Shown one piece after another: positions 17,919 to 27,310 of a stretch of DNA of 64,000 nt; within the stretch, counting starts at the first letter, position 1; every line of letters begins with the position of its first letter. The stretch covers positions 11,108 to 75,107 of the forward strand of contig CAZTFS010000002.1 of assembly GCA_964613045.1 (NCBI GenBank), read 5' to 3'. Position numbers and translations under genes: made by a program. The DNA is from an uncultured Eubacteriales bacterium (GTDB taxonomy: Bacteria; Bacillota; Clostridia; Oscillospirales; Acutalibacteraceae). The notes beneath the pieces are model-generated. The model saw only the letters and a list, made by a program, of their open reading frames with translations. It was not told the origin of the DNA and searched no databases.

Positions 17919-17961
17919 AATATACACTGTATATTTTACCATTAAAAAAGCGACTTGTAAA
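17919..17961 (-). promoter_or_regulatory. Promoter of the GH13 operon with an overlapping perfect palindromic operator
   Basis: On the minus strand: TTTACA (17961-17956), 17-nt spacer, TAAAAT (17938-17933). Palindrome AATATACA-C-TGTATATT at 17919-17935 spans the -10 edge and the expected transcription start. Confidence 0.5.
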
Positions 17962-17981
17962 GAGTTTTCTCTGCAAATCGC
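17943..17981 (-). terminator. Rho-independent terminator after the HAD-IIA gene
   Basis: AGCGATTTG / CAAGTCGCT on the minus strand, followed by TTTTTT (plus-strand A-run at 17944-17949). Confidence 0.7.
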
Positions 17982-18006
17982 TGATTGTTTTTATTAATTA
18001 AGAAAA

Positions 18007-18783
18007 TTAAAGATAATTGCAAAGAGTTCTCAGATCCTTGACTGCGACTGTTGCTTTTATATCAGATTCTTCATACAGCTCCGGTGTTGTAACGCCTGAG
18101 TATACAAGCACTGATTTTGTACCGTTCTTCATTCCGATCGCAATGTCAGTTTCAAGTCTGTCACCGATAAAGCATATTTCATCTCTTGAACAGCCCAGCA
18201 TGTGGGTAACATAGTCAACCGTATAGGCATAAGGCTTGCCCACTATAATGTCGGGATATCTGCCTGCAGAAGCATAGAACATTTCTATCATTGAACCAGT
18301 ATCCGTCATGAAGCCATTTGCAAGAGGACAATTTTTATCGGGATGTGTTGCGATGTATTCAGCTCCGTTTGCAATAAAATTTGCCGCTTTTGTGATCTTT
18401 TCGTAAGTAAGTGTTGTATCAAATCCCAAAAGAACGATGTCCGGAGCATCGTTAACGATGTTAAGACCTGCTTTGATGCAATCGTTTGTAAAATTTTCGT
18501 TTGCGAGAAGATAAATTTTCTTGCCCTCACGGTTTCTTTTTATAAAATCAATGGCGACATGTGAGGAAATAATAATTTTATTCTCAGGTACGGGGTAGCC
18601 GATCTTATTGAGTTTTTCAAGACATTCTGCGGCATCATGGGAAGAGTTGTTTGTAAAGAAAAAGAAATCTTTGCCTTTGTCTTTGAGACTGTCTGTAAAT
18701 TCTGAAGCCCCCTCAATCATGTTATCTCCAAGATAGAAGGTTCCGTCCATGTCAATGATAAAATATTTTGTGTTTTTGAACAT
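18007..18783 (-). CDS. HAD-IIA family sugar-phosphate phosphatase (NagD/AraL-like)
   Basis: FIIDMDGTFY (DxDGT motif), FFFTNNS, GDRLETDI. GGAG RBS before ATG 18783; the ORF-track start overlaps the upstream gene. Confidence 0.8.
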   Translation of the reverse strand: MFKNTKYFIIDMDGTFYLGDNMIEGASEFTDSLKDKGKDFFFFTNNSSHDAAECLEKLNKIGYPVPENKIIISSHVAIDFIKRNREGKKIYLLANENFTNDCIKAGLNIVNDAPDIVLLGFDTTLTYEKITKAANFIANGAEYIATHPDKNCPLANGFMTDTGSMIEMFYASAGRYPDIIVGKPYAYTVDYVTHMLGCSRDEICFIGDRLETDIAIGMKNGTKSVLVYSGVTTPELYEESDIKATVAVKDLRTLCNYL

Positions 18784-18794
18784 TTTGATTACTC

Positions 18795-20246
18795 CTATAT
18801 GATTAGTGTTAAGATGTTTATTGTAAGACAGCAAAGAATGAAAAATCCGTGTACCGTTCGTTCACTTTTGCTGATTGTGATCTTTCCTGATTTAAGCAGC
18901 TTCAGTATAAAGAATACTGTTTCGTAGAAGAATGTGTACATCAGCACCGTCATTCTTATGTTTATGGCTTCGCCTTTTATTGCTATCAGACCGAATAGCA
19001 GAAACTCGGGAAGGAAGAAAATGAGCTTCCATGTTATGTTTCCCCTTGTATCATTAAAACATTTTTCTGCAACTTCCTGACAAAGAACAAGCATAATGAC
19101 AGGGAATGCAACTGCTGCTGCAACGGTGTATGAGCCTATGAAGCAAAAAAGCATCGGTAAGATCGAATAAACTGCAAACTCAGCTTTTTCGCACAGCATT
19201 TTATAACGTCTGAAATGCTCATTATCTTCTGCTCCGGCATAAATATTTGCTTCATATTGTTCCTTTGTTATCAGCTTCAATTTAAGCAGTTTTCTGTTGT
19301 ATTTTCTGTTGACTGCAGGTGCAATAAAATACTGTAACGTGTCCGCAATAAGTATTATTCCGTAAATGATAAGAAGAGCGTAGGAAACATTTTCGGATAT
19401 GACAGACTGAAAACCGTAGGTATCAATGATTTTCAGTTTTTCCGCAAAAAGATCTTTTGTCAGTATAAATAATACTGCAATCCCCATTCCTGCATAAGCT
19501 CCGAGCGAACATTCCATGACTTTCCATGAGTCTATGAAACCGTTCTCGTTTGCTTTTCCGAATGTGTGTTTACCCTTTTTATTAGGGTATTTTGTGTAAA
19601 TCTGAAATATCTGTGCCAATACCCAGCTTACACCGCCTATAAGGAATGTTCCCGATGCTGTTACAAGTGAAGACCAATCTTTGAGCACTGCCGAAAAGAC
19701 AAGTATCTCGATCCACATACCCATCAATCCGCCCCATGTCTCATGTCTTGTTACAGAGAAGTATATCCTCGGGAATTTATTATCATCAGGATTGTAAGGT
19801 TTATTAAGAAGAAGATAAAATATGACAGCAAAAACAGGCAGAAGAGTAAAAAACAGAATGATCTGTAAAAGAGTCATCTTGCCTGCTGTTACTGTGATGA
19901 AAAGTGAAACATAGCCTCCGAAAAGACCGAACCAGACACCGCCTTTTACAAAAAGAGCAATAAGTCCCTTCTTCATGTTTGTCGGCGGTTTTGAATCCAT
20001 TGACAGCCCGAGAGTTTCACCGTAAGTCATGTTTCCGCCGCAGTACATTGCCAGTGCACCTACACCTGCAATCAGCCACGGATTTTCAGCAAGTGTGCAA
20101 GAACCGGAAAACACAGAAATTATAAAACCTAAGAAAGCACCCGGCAGCATTGCACCTTTTTCACCGCCGATGATCGTTCCTCTCATACCCCATGCATACG
20201 AAACGGCAACGCCTGCAAAAAAAATAAAGAATAGATTGTTCAGCAT
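18795..20246 (-). CDS. Polytopic membrane protein, family not recognised
   Basis: About 12 hydrophobic segments across 483 aa. Sits 10 nt after the GNAT gene and 11 nt before the HAD gene. Confidence 0.65.
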   Translation of the reverse strand: MLNNLFFIFFAGVAVSYAWGMRGTIIGGEKGAMLPGAFLGFIISVFSGSCTLAENPWLIAGVGALAMYCGGNMTYGETLGLSMDSKPPTNMKKGLIALFVKGGVWFGLFGGYVSLFITVTAGKMTLLQIILFFTLLPVFAVIFYLLLNKPYNPDDNKFPRIYFSVTRHETWGGLMGMWIEILVFSAVLKDWSSLVTASGTFLIGGVSWVLAQIFQIYTKYPNKKGKHTFGKANENGFIDSWKVMECSLGAYAGMGIAVLFILTKDLFAEKLKIIDTYGFQSVISENVSYALLIIYGIILIADTLQYFIAPAVNRKYNRKLLKLKLITKEQYEANIYAGAEDNEHFRRYKMLCEKAEFAVYSILPMLFCFIGSYTVAAAVAFPVIMLVLCQEVAEKCFNDTRGNITWKLIFFLPEFLLFGLIAIKGEAINIRMTVLMYTFFYETVFFILKLLKSGKITISKSERTVHGFFILCCLTINILTLII

Positions 20247-20256
20247 ATATGATACC

Positions 20257-20808
20257 TCATAAACTAAGAGTCATTAATAAGCCTCGCTTGAAATTGATAA
20301 AAGTGCTGAAGCCGTTCTTTTTATAGAATTTTACCGCCTTTTTGTTATCACTGCCCACAACGAGCATCAGACCGTTGACACCTTTATCGGTAAGATGCTT
20401 TCTAAGTATTGATATCATCTGAGAACCATAGCCCTTACTGTGAAACTCAGGCAAAAGATCAATATGCATATGTGCGTTATATTTTTTTGACGCAGGAATG
20501 TGGGCAATTATCTCTCCGTAAGCATAAAGACATTTCCCGAGACCTAACTTTCGTATATCTTTGATGTATTGTTTGAAATTCTTTCTGTAGGCTATAAAAT
20601 TTTCACTGCAAAGAATGTAACCGACTGCATTATCGTCAGTATCTGCAAGTACAAAACAATTCTGAGGCTCATTTTCAATATAGTAGTCGCAATAAAGCAT
20701 TAGAATGAATTGTTTTTCCGTTTCGGATCTGTCAGCACAACCTGCAGTGATGATACATACATTTCTGACATTTTCCCTATCCTTTTTTTCATACGGACGA
20801 ATATGCAT
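20257..20808 (-). CDS. GNAT-family N-acetyltransferase
   Basis: Acetyl-CoA binding-type motif HSKGYGSQMISILRKH and C-terminal AVKFYKKNGF. Confidence 0.75.
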   Translation of the reverse strand: MHIRPYEKKDRENVRNVCIITAGCADRSETEKQFILMLYCDYYIENEPQNCFVLADTDDNAVGYILCSENFIAYRKNFKQYIKDIRKLGLGKCLYAYGEIIAHIPASKKYNAHMHIDLLPEFHSKGYGSQMISILRKHLTDKGVNGLMLVVGSDNKKAVKFYKKNGFSTFINFKRGLLMTLSL

Positions 20809-20960
20809 ATTATCAGCTACCTAATAAAGTTAAAATTCACTACCGTAAAGTATACAAAAAAAATTAATAAAAGTCCACTCTTTTTTGTAAAAAACTATTT
20901 AAATATTTATTTTTATGTGTTATAGTTGACATATATAATTACGGAAAAGAGACATTTGAT

Positions 20961-21932
20961 ATGAAAATTGCAACCATCGGTACCTCATGGATAACCGACA
21001 GTTTTATAAAATCCTGTGCATATATTGATTCGGCAGAGATATGTGCAGTATATTCACGCAGTAAGGAAAAGTCTGAAAAATTCGCATCTGAGCATGATGT
21101 GAGTCTTTTTTATGATTCACTTTCAGAAATGCTCGCAAATAAAGATATTGATGCTGTATACATAGCCAGTCCCAATGCTTTTCATTATGAGCAGGCAAAG
21201 ATGAGCCTTGAAAACGGTAAACATGTAATTTGTGAAAAGCCTGCCGTTGTTACAGGTGAACAGCTCAGAACTCTGTATAAGATCGCAGATGAAAAAGGAC
21301 TCATTTTTCTTGAAGCAATGAAGTCTATGCACTCTGACGGTCTCAATATCGTAAAAAATGAGATAAAAAATATCGGTGACATAAAGACTGCAAGTATTGA
21401 TTTTTCACAGCTTTCGTCAAAATATCCCGCATATAAAAGGGGGGAGAATCCGAATATTTTTAACCCCGAGCTCTGTACGGGTGCACTTATGGATCTTGGT
21501 GTCTACTGCGTGTATTTTGTACTTGAACTATTCGGAAAGCCTGAAAAAGTTATCTCGCATTCCGATTTTCTTGATACAAAAGCTGATTATGCAGGCACAC
21601 TTATTTTTGTTTACGGCAATAAAACCGTTACCGTTACTTATTCTAAGGTTGCAAACGGGTTTATACCGTCAAAAATTCTCGGTGAGGACGGAGCTGTTAC
21701 CGTTAAATCGGTTTCAAAACTTGTGGGCATCAACAGACTTTACAATGACGGTTCTGTTACTGAGCTTTATCCCGTAGTTGACGAGAATCTTGTGATGTCA
21801 AAAGAAATTGAAGCTTTCATAGGATTTATAAACGGTAAAAACGCCGATTATTATGATTATTGTAAGCAGATGTCCGTTGACGTTTGTGAAATAATAGAAC
21901 AGATCAGAAAAGAAAATAACTTCATATTTTAG
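20961..21932 (+). CDS. Gfo/Idh/MocA-family NAD(P)-dependent oxidoreductase
   Basis: MKIATIGTSWI Rossmann N-terminus and HVICEKP motif. Confidence 0.8.
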   Translation: MKIATIGTSWITDSFIKSCAYIDSAEICAVYSRSKEKSEKFASEHDVSLFYDSLSEMLANKDIDAVYIASPNAFHYEQAKMSLENGKHVICEKPAVVTGEQLRTLYKIADEKGLIFLEAMKSMHSDGLNIVKNEIKNIGDIKTASIDFSQLSSKYPAYKRGENPNIFNPELCTGALMDLGVYCVYFVLELFGKPEKVISHSDFLDTKADYAGTLIFVYGNKTVTVTYSKVANGFIPSKILGEDGAVTVKSVSKLVGINRLYNDGSVTELYPVVDENLVMSKEIEAFIGFINGKNADYYDYCKQMSVDVCEIIEQIRKENNFIF

Positions 21933-21942
21933 GAGGTTAATT

Positions 21943-24900
21943 ATGTTATACAAAAAAAACAAAGAAAAAGCATTATCAGCCGAGCTTTTTAAAAATCCTA
22001 CAAGTGAGTACAGAGGTACCCCTTTCTGGGCGTGGAACTGTAAGCTCGAAAAGGAGGAGCTTTGCAGACAGATTGAAGTTTTCAAAGAAATGGGCTTAGG
22101 CGGTTTTCACATGCATGTAAGAACCGGCATGGCAACGCCATATCTTTCTGATGAATATATGGATATCGTCAAGTGCTGTGTTGAAAAGGCAAAAAGTGAA
22201 AAAATGCTTGCATGGCTTTATGATGAAGACAGATGGCCTTCAGGTGCAGCAGGAGGCTTGGTTACAAGGAATCCGGAGTATCGTTCAAGATATCTTCTTT
22301 TTACCAATACTTCATACGAGGAAAACAATGATGTTCATGTTGACACCGATTCCCGTGCTGCAGGCGGAAGAACATGTAACGGTGATCTTCTTGCTGTTTA
22401 TGACGTTATTCTTGATTCAGATGGCTATCTGGAATCATATAAGCGTATTGACAAAGATGATGCTGCCGAGGGTGACAAGTGGTATGCATACACTGAAGCA
22501 TGTTCATCTTCAAGCTGGTATAATAATCAGGCTTACGTTGACACTCTCAATAAAAAAGCTATCGAAAAATTCATAGAAATTACTCATGAACGCTACAAAG
22601 AAACCGTCGGTGAGGATTTCGGTGATGCTGTTCCCGCTATATTTACCGATGAACCGCAGTTTTCACGTAAGCAAACCTTTAACAATTCAACAGATAAGGA
22701 TGATGTAACACTGCCCTGGACAACGGATATCCCCGAAACATACAAAGCTATGTACGGTGATGACATTCTTGACCATATCCCCGAATTGTTCTGGGATTTT
22801 GCAGGCGGTAAGGTCAGTGTCCACAGATATCATTATCACGATCATATCTCCGAACGTTTTTCCGAGGCATTTGCCGATACCGTCGGTAACTGGTGCCGTA
22901 AAAACGGTCTTGCACTGACAGGTCACATGATGGAAGAGCCTTCGCTTAAAAGTCAGACTGCGGCACTGGGCGAAGCAATGCGATCTTACAGAGGTTTTGA
23001 TATTCCGGGCATTGATATGCTTTGCAACAGCTATGAATTTACAACCGCAAAGCAGGCACAGTCTGCATGTCATCAGTTTGGCTGTGAGGGAGTGCTGTCT
23101 GAGCTTTACGGCGTTACAGGTTGGGATTTCGATTTCAGAGGTCATAAGCTCCATGGTGACTGGCAGGCGGCTTTAGGTGTAACCGTACGAGTACCGCATC
23201 TTTCATGGGTCTCAATGGCAGGTGAAGCAAAGCGTGATTATCCTGCATCTATCCATTATCAGTCGCCCTGGTATAAGGAGTATTCATATATTGAAGATCA
23301 TTTTGCCAGAGTCTACACAGCTCTTACAAGAGGAAAACCTGTTGTTAAAGTCGGTGTTGTTCATCCTGTTGAAAGTTATTGGCTTCACTGGGGTCCAAAT
23401 GATAAATCCGATCTTATCCGTGAAACAATGGATGAAAAATTCAGGGATGTTACTGATTGGCTTCTTAAAGGAAGTATTGACTTTAACTATATTTGTGAAT
23501 CTCTTCTTCCCGAACAGTGTGAAAAAGGCGGAAATCCGCTTAAAGTCGGTAAAATGGAATACGATGCAATCGTTGTACCCGACTGCGAAACACTCCGTTC
23601 TTCAACACTCGAGAGACTTGAGGAGTTCAGAAAACAGGGCGGTAAGCTTATATTTATGGGCAATGCTCCCGTTTACGAAAATGCTGTTGAATCCGACAGA
23701 GGCAGAAAGCTCTATGAAGAGTCAATATGCATATCTTTTGACAGAGCAAAATTGCTTACAGCTCTTGAAGACAACAGAACGGTCACCCTTCGTTATAAAG
23801 ACGGCAGTCTGACAGATAAATTTATTTATCAGATGCGTGAAGATAATGACTGTAACTGGCTGTTTGTTTCGCATTGTGCAGAACCTTATAATAAGGACGT
23901 TTTTCAGAGCAAACATTTGAGAATCACACTCAAGGGTGAAAAGAAAATCACAGTATATGACACTGTTACGGGTGATATCTATCCTGCAGATGTTGATTAT
24001 ACAGGCGGTAACACGGTAGTTAAAAAGAAAATGTTTGATTATGACAGCTTGCTTCTAAAAATAGAGGACGGCAAAAATGAAGCAGTTTCTGCAAAAGCTG
24101 AAGCAATTCTGAAAGCAGTTAATGTTCCGTCATTTGTTCCGTTTACAATGGATGAAAAGAACGTACTGCTTCTTGATATTTGTCAGTTCAGTGTTGATGA
24201 CGGAGAGTTTATGCCCGAAGAAGAAATTCTCAGAGCAGACAATATCGCAAGACGAATTGCAGGACTTAAAGAGCGAGAGGGATCTGTTGCTCAGCCCTGG
24301 GTAATTCCTCCCGAAGTTCCCAAGCATTCGATTACACTTAAATTTACAGTGAATTCTCTTGTTAATGTCAAAAATCCGTCACTTGCTCTCGAGGATGCCG
24401 AGCTTGCAGAGATAACACTTAACGGAAAACCTGTTGAAAATGCTGTGACAGGTTGGTATGTGGATACTTCCGTCAAAACTGTTGCTCTTCCCGAGATCAT
24501 AAAGGGTGAAAATATCATCACCGTAAAATTACCGCTGGGAAATCGTACAAATACAGAATGGTGTTACTTGTTAGGTGATTTTGGTGTCGAGGTAAACGGC
24601 AGAAATTCAAAACTGACCGAAATGCCCGAAAAACTTTGGTTCGGTGATATTGTTAATCAGGGACTTCCTTTCTACGGTGGTAATATTACATATCATCCGG
24701 GTGAATTTATTGCCGAAAACGGTGAAATCGAGGTTATGATACCTCAGTACAGGGGAGCACTTGTAAAAGTTCTTGTTGATGATAATGATATGGGCAATAT
24801 CGTGTATTCTCCGAACACACTTCGCATCACCGGGCTTGAAAACGGTGCACATAAAGTCGATATTAAGCTTTATACACACAGATTCAATTCCTTCGGTGCT

Positions 24901-25029
24901 GTTCATAATTCTGATGCCAGAATGTCATGGCACGGTCCGAACGCATGGCGTACTGAGGACGAGATCTGGACTTATGAATACAGACTCAAAACAGTAGGTA
25001 TAATTTCAACACCCCAAATAAAGGCATAA
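21943..25029 (+). CDS. Large (1028 aa) glycoside-hydrolase-like protein, family not assigned
   Basis: N-terminal RGTPFWAWNCKL...MGLGGFHMHVRTG resembles TIM-barrel glycosidases of the rhamnosidase/GH-like group. No signal peptide. Starts 10 nt after the oxidoreductase gene. Confidence 0.5.
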   Translation: MLYKKNKEKALSAELFKNPTSEYRGTPFWAWNCKLEKEELCRQIEVFKEMGLGGFHMHVRTGMATPYLSDEYMDIVKCCVEKAKSEKMLAWLYDEDRWPSGAAGGLVTRNPEYRSRYLLFTNTSYEENNDVHVDTDSRAAGGRTCNGDLLAVYDVILDSDGYLESYKRIDKDDAAEGDKWYAYTEACSSSSWYNNQAYVDTLNKKAIEKFIEITHERYKETVGEDFGDAVPAIFTDEPQFSRKQTFNNSTDKDDVTLPWTTDIPETYKAMYGDDILDHIPELFWDFAGGKVSVHRYHYHDHISERFSEAFADTVGNWCRKNGLALTGHMMEEPSLKSQTAALGEAMRSYRGFDIPGIDMLCNSYEFTTAKQAQSACHQFGCEGVLSELYGVTGWDFDFRGHKLHGDWQAALGVTVRVPHLSWVSMAGEAKRDYPASIHYQSPWYKEYSYIEDHFARVYTALTRGKPVVKVGVVHPVESYWLHWGPNDKSDLIRETMDEKFRDVTDWLLKGSIDFNYICESLLPEQCEKGGNPLKVGKMEYDAIVVPDCETLRSSTLERLEEFRKQGGKLIFMGNAPVYENAVESDRGRKLYEESICISFDRAKLLTALEDNRTVTLRYKDGSLTDKFIYQMREDNDCNWLFVSHCAEPYNKDVFQSKHLRITLKGEKKITVYDTVTGDIYPADVDYTGGNTVVKKKMFDYDSLLLKIEDGKNEAVSAKAEAILKAVNVPSFVPFTMDEKNVLLLDICQFSVDDGEFMPEEEILRADNIARRIAGLKEREGSVAQPWVIPPEVPKHSITLKFTVNSLVNVKNPSLALEDAELAEITLNGKPVENAVTGWYVDTSVKTVALPEIIKGENIITVKLPLGNRTNTEWCYLLGDFGVEVNGRNSKLTEMPEKLWFGDIVNQGLPFYGGNITYHPGEFIAENGEIEVMIPQYRGALVKVLVDDNDMGNIVYSPNTLRITGLENGAHKVDIKLYTHRFNSFGAVHNSDARMSWHGPNAWRTEDEIWTYEYRLKTVGIISTPQIKA

Positions 25030-25035
25030 AACAAA

Positions 25036-25059
25036 ACCGCTTCACGAAAGTGAGGCGGT
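25036..25059. terminator. Bidirectional terminator between convergent genes
   Basis: ACCGCTTCAC-GAAA-GTGAGGCGGT hairpin with T-rich flanks on both strands. Confidence 0.65.
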
Positions 25060-25081
25060 CGTGCTTTATTATCCCGACAAA

Positions 25082-26038
25082 TTATTGTTTTTCCTTTTTT
25101 CTCGATTTTATAAAGTCAGGGGATTGTGCAAGAATTATTGCGGCAAACATCACAAAACAGCCCAGAAGCTCTCTTGAATTGAGCGTGTTGCCTCTTATCA
25201 TCCAGTCTGAAAGTGCCGCAAAGACGGATTCAAGACTCATCAAAAGTGAAGCGAGCACAGGTTGACAGCGTTTTTGTCCGAGGATCTGAAGTGTAAATGC
25301 AACGCCGCCTGACATAACACCTGAGTACAGCAGGTGAACTGCATTGTCCGTAATTGCAGATAATTCGGGCTTTTCAAATATGAACATACCGATTGCGGAG
25401 ATAGTAGCAGCCACAAAAAACTGAATGCATGATAACTTGACACCGTCAATTTCTTTTCCCAGTGTGTCTACGGCAAAAATTTGTATGCCGAAGAATACAG
25501 CACATGCAATAAGAAGAATATCTGCAACTGATATTCCGAGACCTGCACCCGGCTGAACGGAAATAAGATAAAGTCCGCCAACTGCTACAGCCACGCTTAA
25601 CCATGAAAGAGCATGAAGCTTCTTTTTTGTGAAGATTCCGAATATCGGAACAATCACAATGTACATCGCTGTTAAAAATGCAGCTTTTCCTGTTGATGTA
25701 TCTTTACCCAACAATTCTATACCGAACTGCTGAAGATTTCCTGCAAATGCAAGAGCAATACCGCAGATTATTCCGCATTTAACAAGTGTTTTATTCTCGG
25801 AAAGCCAGTCATTTATTCCTGTATATCTTGTTTTGTTTAGCTTTGCAGTTTTTGTGTTATTTTTGATAAGAACGATAAGACCTATAAATAAATATGCAAG
25901 GGTACATCTGATCGTCTGAAATGTAAATGAGCCGACTTCTCCGCCCTCACTTTGAGATATGAATGAAATACCCCATATAACAGCCGCAAGGACAAGCAGA
26001 AAAGGACTTAAGGCTTTGAGTTTTTTTTCTTTATCCAT
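25082..26038 (-). CDS. DMT-superfamily (EamA) transporter
   Basis: 10 hydrophobic segments in two EamA-like halves, 318 aa. Confidence 0.75.
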   Translation of the reverse strand: MDKEKKLKALSPFLLVLAAVIWGISFISQSEGGEVGSFTFQTIRCTLAYLFIGLIVLIKNNTKTAKLNKTRYTGINDWLSENKTLVKCGIICGIALAFAGNLQQFGIELLGKDTSTGKAAFLTAMYIVIVPIFGIFTKKKLHALSWLSVAVAVGGLYLISVQPGAGLGISVADILLIACAVFFGIQIFAVDTLGKEIDGVKLSCIQFFVAATISAIGMFIFEKPELSAITDNAVHLLYSGVMSGGVAFTLQILGQKRCQPVLASLLMSLESVFAALSDWMIRGNTLNSRELLGCFVMFAAIILAQSPDFIKSRKKEKQ

Positions 26039-26049
26039 GTAATTCTCCG

Positions 26050-27198
26050 TTATTTTAAATAGTTAATGATTCTGACGGTCCTGCCGTCTTTTTTATAAAC
26101 TCTCGGAATACGTCTTGAAACACCGCATACAACCTCGTAATTAAAGCTCATTGACATATTGCCTATATCTTCCGCCGATATGCTGTCTTTTCCGAAAAGA
26201 ATAACTTCGTCATCAATTTGAGTATCGGGAATGTCGGTAACATCAATCATAAATTGATCCATGCAGACCCTGCCCGTAATTGGTGCGAATTTACCTTTTA
26301 CGATTACCTTTCCGACATTGGAAAGTGCCCTCGGATATCCGTCGGCATAGCCTGCTGAAACAGTTGCGATGCGACGTGATTCAGTTGTTTTATAAGTGTG
26401 TCCGTAGCTGATTCCTTCGCCTGCTGGGACTTCTTTGATGTGTGTTATGTGACTTTTTAATGTCATTGCAGGGATAAGATCAATCTTAGACTTGTCAACT
26501 TCTTCCGAGGGATAAAGACCGTACAGGGAGATTCCCATGCGGATCATATCAAAATGTTCGCTTAATTCAGAAATTGCGGCACTGTTGCATATGTGCTTGA
26601 CAGGGAAGTCAATTCCGTTGACCTCGCACAGTTTAATAAAACTCTTAAATCGTTTTGACTGCATTTCAGAAGTTGTTTTGTCTGTCATGTCAGCACAGGC
26701 ATAATGCGAAAATATACCCTGTATTTCAATTTCGGGCATTTCGCTGATGGTTTTTATTGCATTGACGCTTTCATCGTTAAGTGAAAATCCGATCCTTGTC
26801 ATTCCGGTGTCGATTGCAATATGTATTTTGGCTCTTTTGCCTGTTATTTGAGCTGCTCTTTGAATATTTATTGCTGAATCAAGAGTAAAAACAGTCATTG
26901 AAATATCGTTTTCGATAAGAAGCACGTTATCGTCATCGTGTGTATAAGCGAGGATTAAAACAGGCGTTCTGATACCTGCGTTTCTCAGTTCAATTGCTTC
27001 ATCAACAGTTGCAACAGCAAAATAATCAGCCTTGTCTTTAAGCAATTCTGCGAGGACGACTGAACCGTGTCCGTAACCGTCAGCTTTGATTACAGCACAG
27101 ATCTTTGTGTTGTCAGAAACACATTTTTTCAGTTCATTAAAATTGTTTAGGATTGCATCAAGGTCAATTTCCGCAAATGTTCTTATATATTTATCCAT
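26050..27198 (-). CDS. alr: Alanine racemase
   Basis: AEIDLDAILNN, PLP-Lys motif VIKADGYGHG, and C-terminal RVCMDQFMIDV. Confidence 0.92.
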   Translation of the reverse strand: MDKYIRTFAEIDLDAILNNFNELKKCVSDNTKICAVIKADGYGHGSVVLAELLKDKADYFAVATVDEAIELRNAGIRTPVLILAYTHDDDNVLLIENDISMTVFTLDSAINIQRAAQITGKRAKIHIAIDTGMTRIGFSLNDESVNAIKTISEMPEIEIQGIFSHYACADMTDKTTSEMQSKRFKSFIKLCEVNGIDFPVKHICNSAAISELSEHFDMIRMGISLYGLYPSEEVDKSKIDLIPAMTLKSHITHIKEVPAGEGISYGHTYKTTESRRIATVSAGYADGYPRALSNVGKVIVKGKFAPITGRVCMDQFMIDVTDIPDTQIDDEVILFGKDSISAEDIGNMSMSFNYEVVCGVSRRIPRVYKKDGRTVRIINYLK

Positions 27199-27268
27199 AG
27201 ACCTCACTTCTTAAATATGCACATTATTAACGGCACGGAATTATGCATTCAGTGCCGTTACTACTGTG

Positions 27269-27297
27269 ATTATATCTCTATTTGTCTTTTAAGTCAA
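27269..27297 (-). promoter_or_regulatory. Consensus SigA-type promoter for alr
   Basis: On the minus strand: TTGACT (27297-27292), 17-nt spacer, TATAAT (27274-27269). The leader that follows contains the AACGGCAC/GTGCCGTT stem-loop (27229-27261). Confidence 0.6.
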
Positions 27298-27310
27298 GAT
27301 TTTTTTGTTT

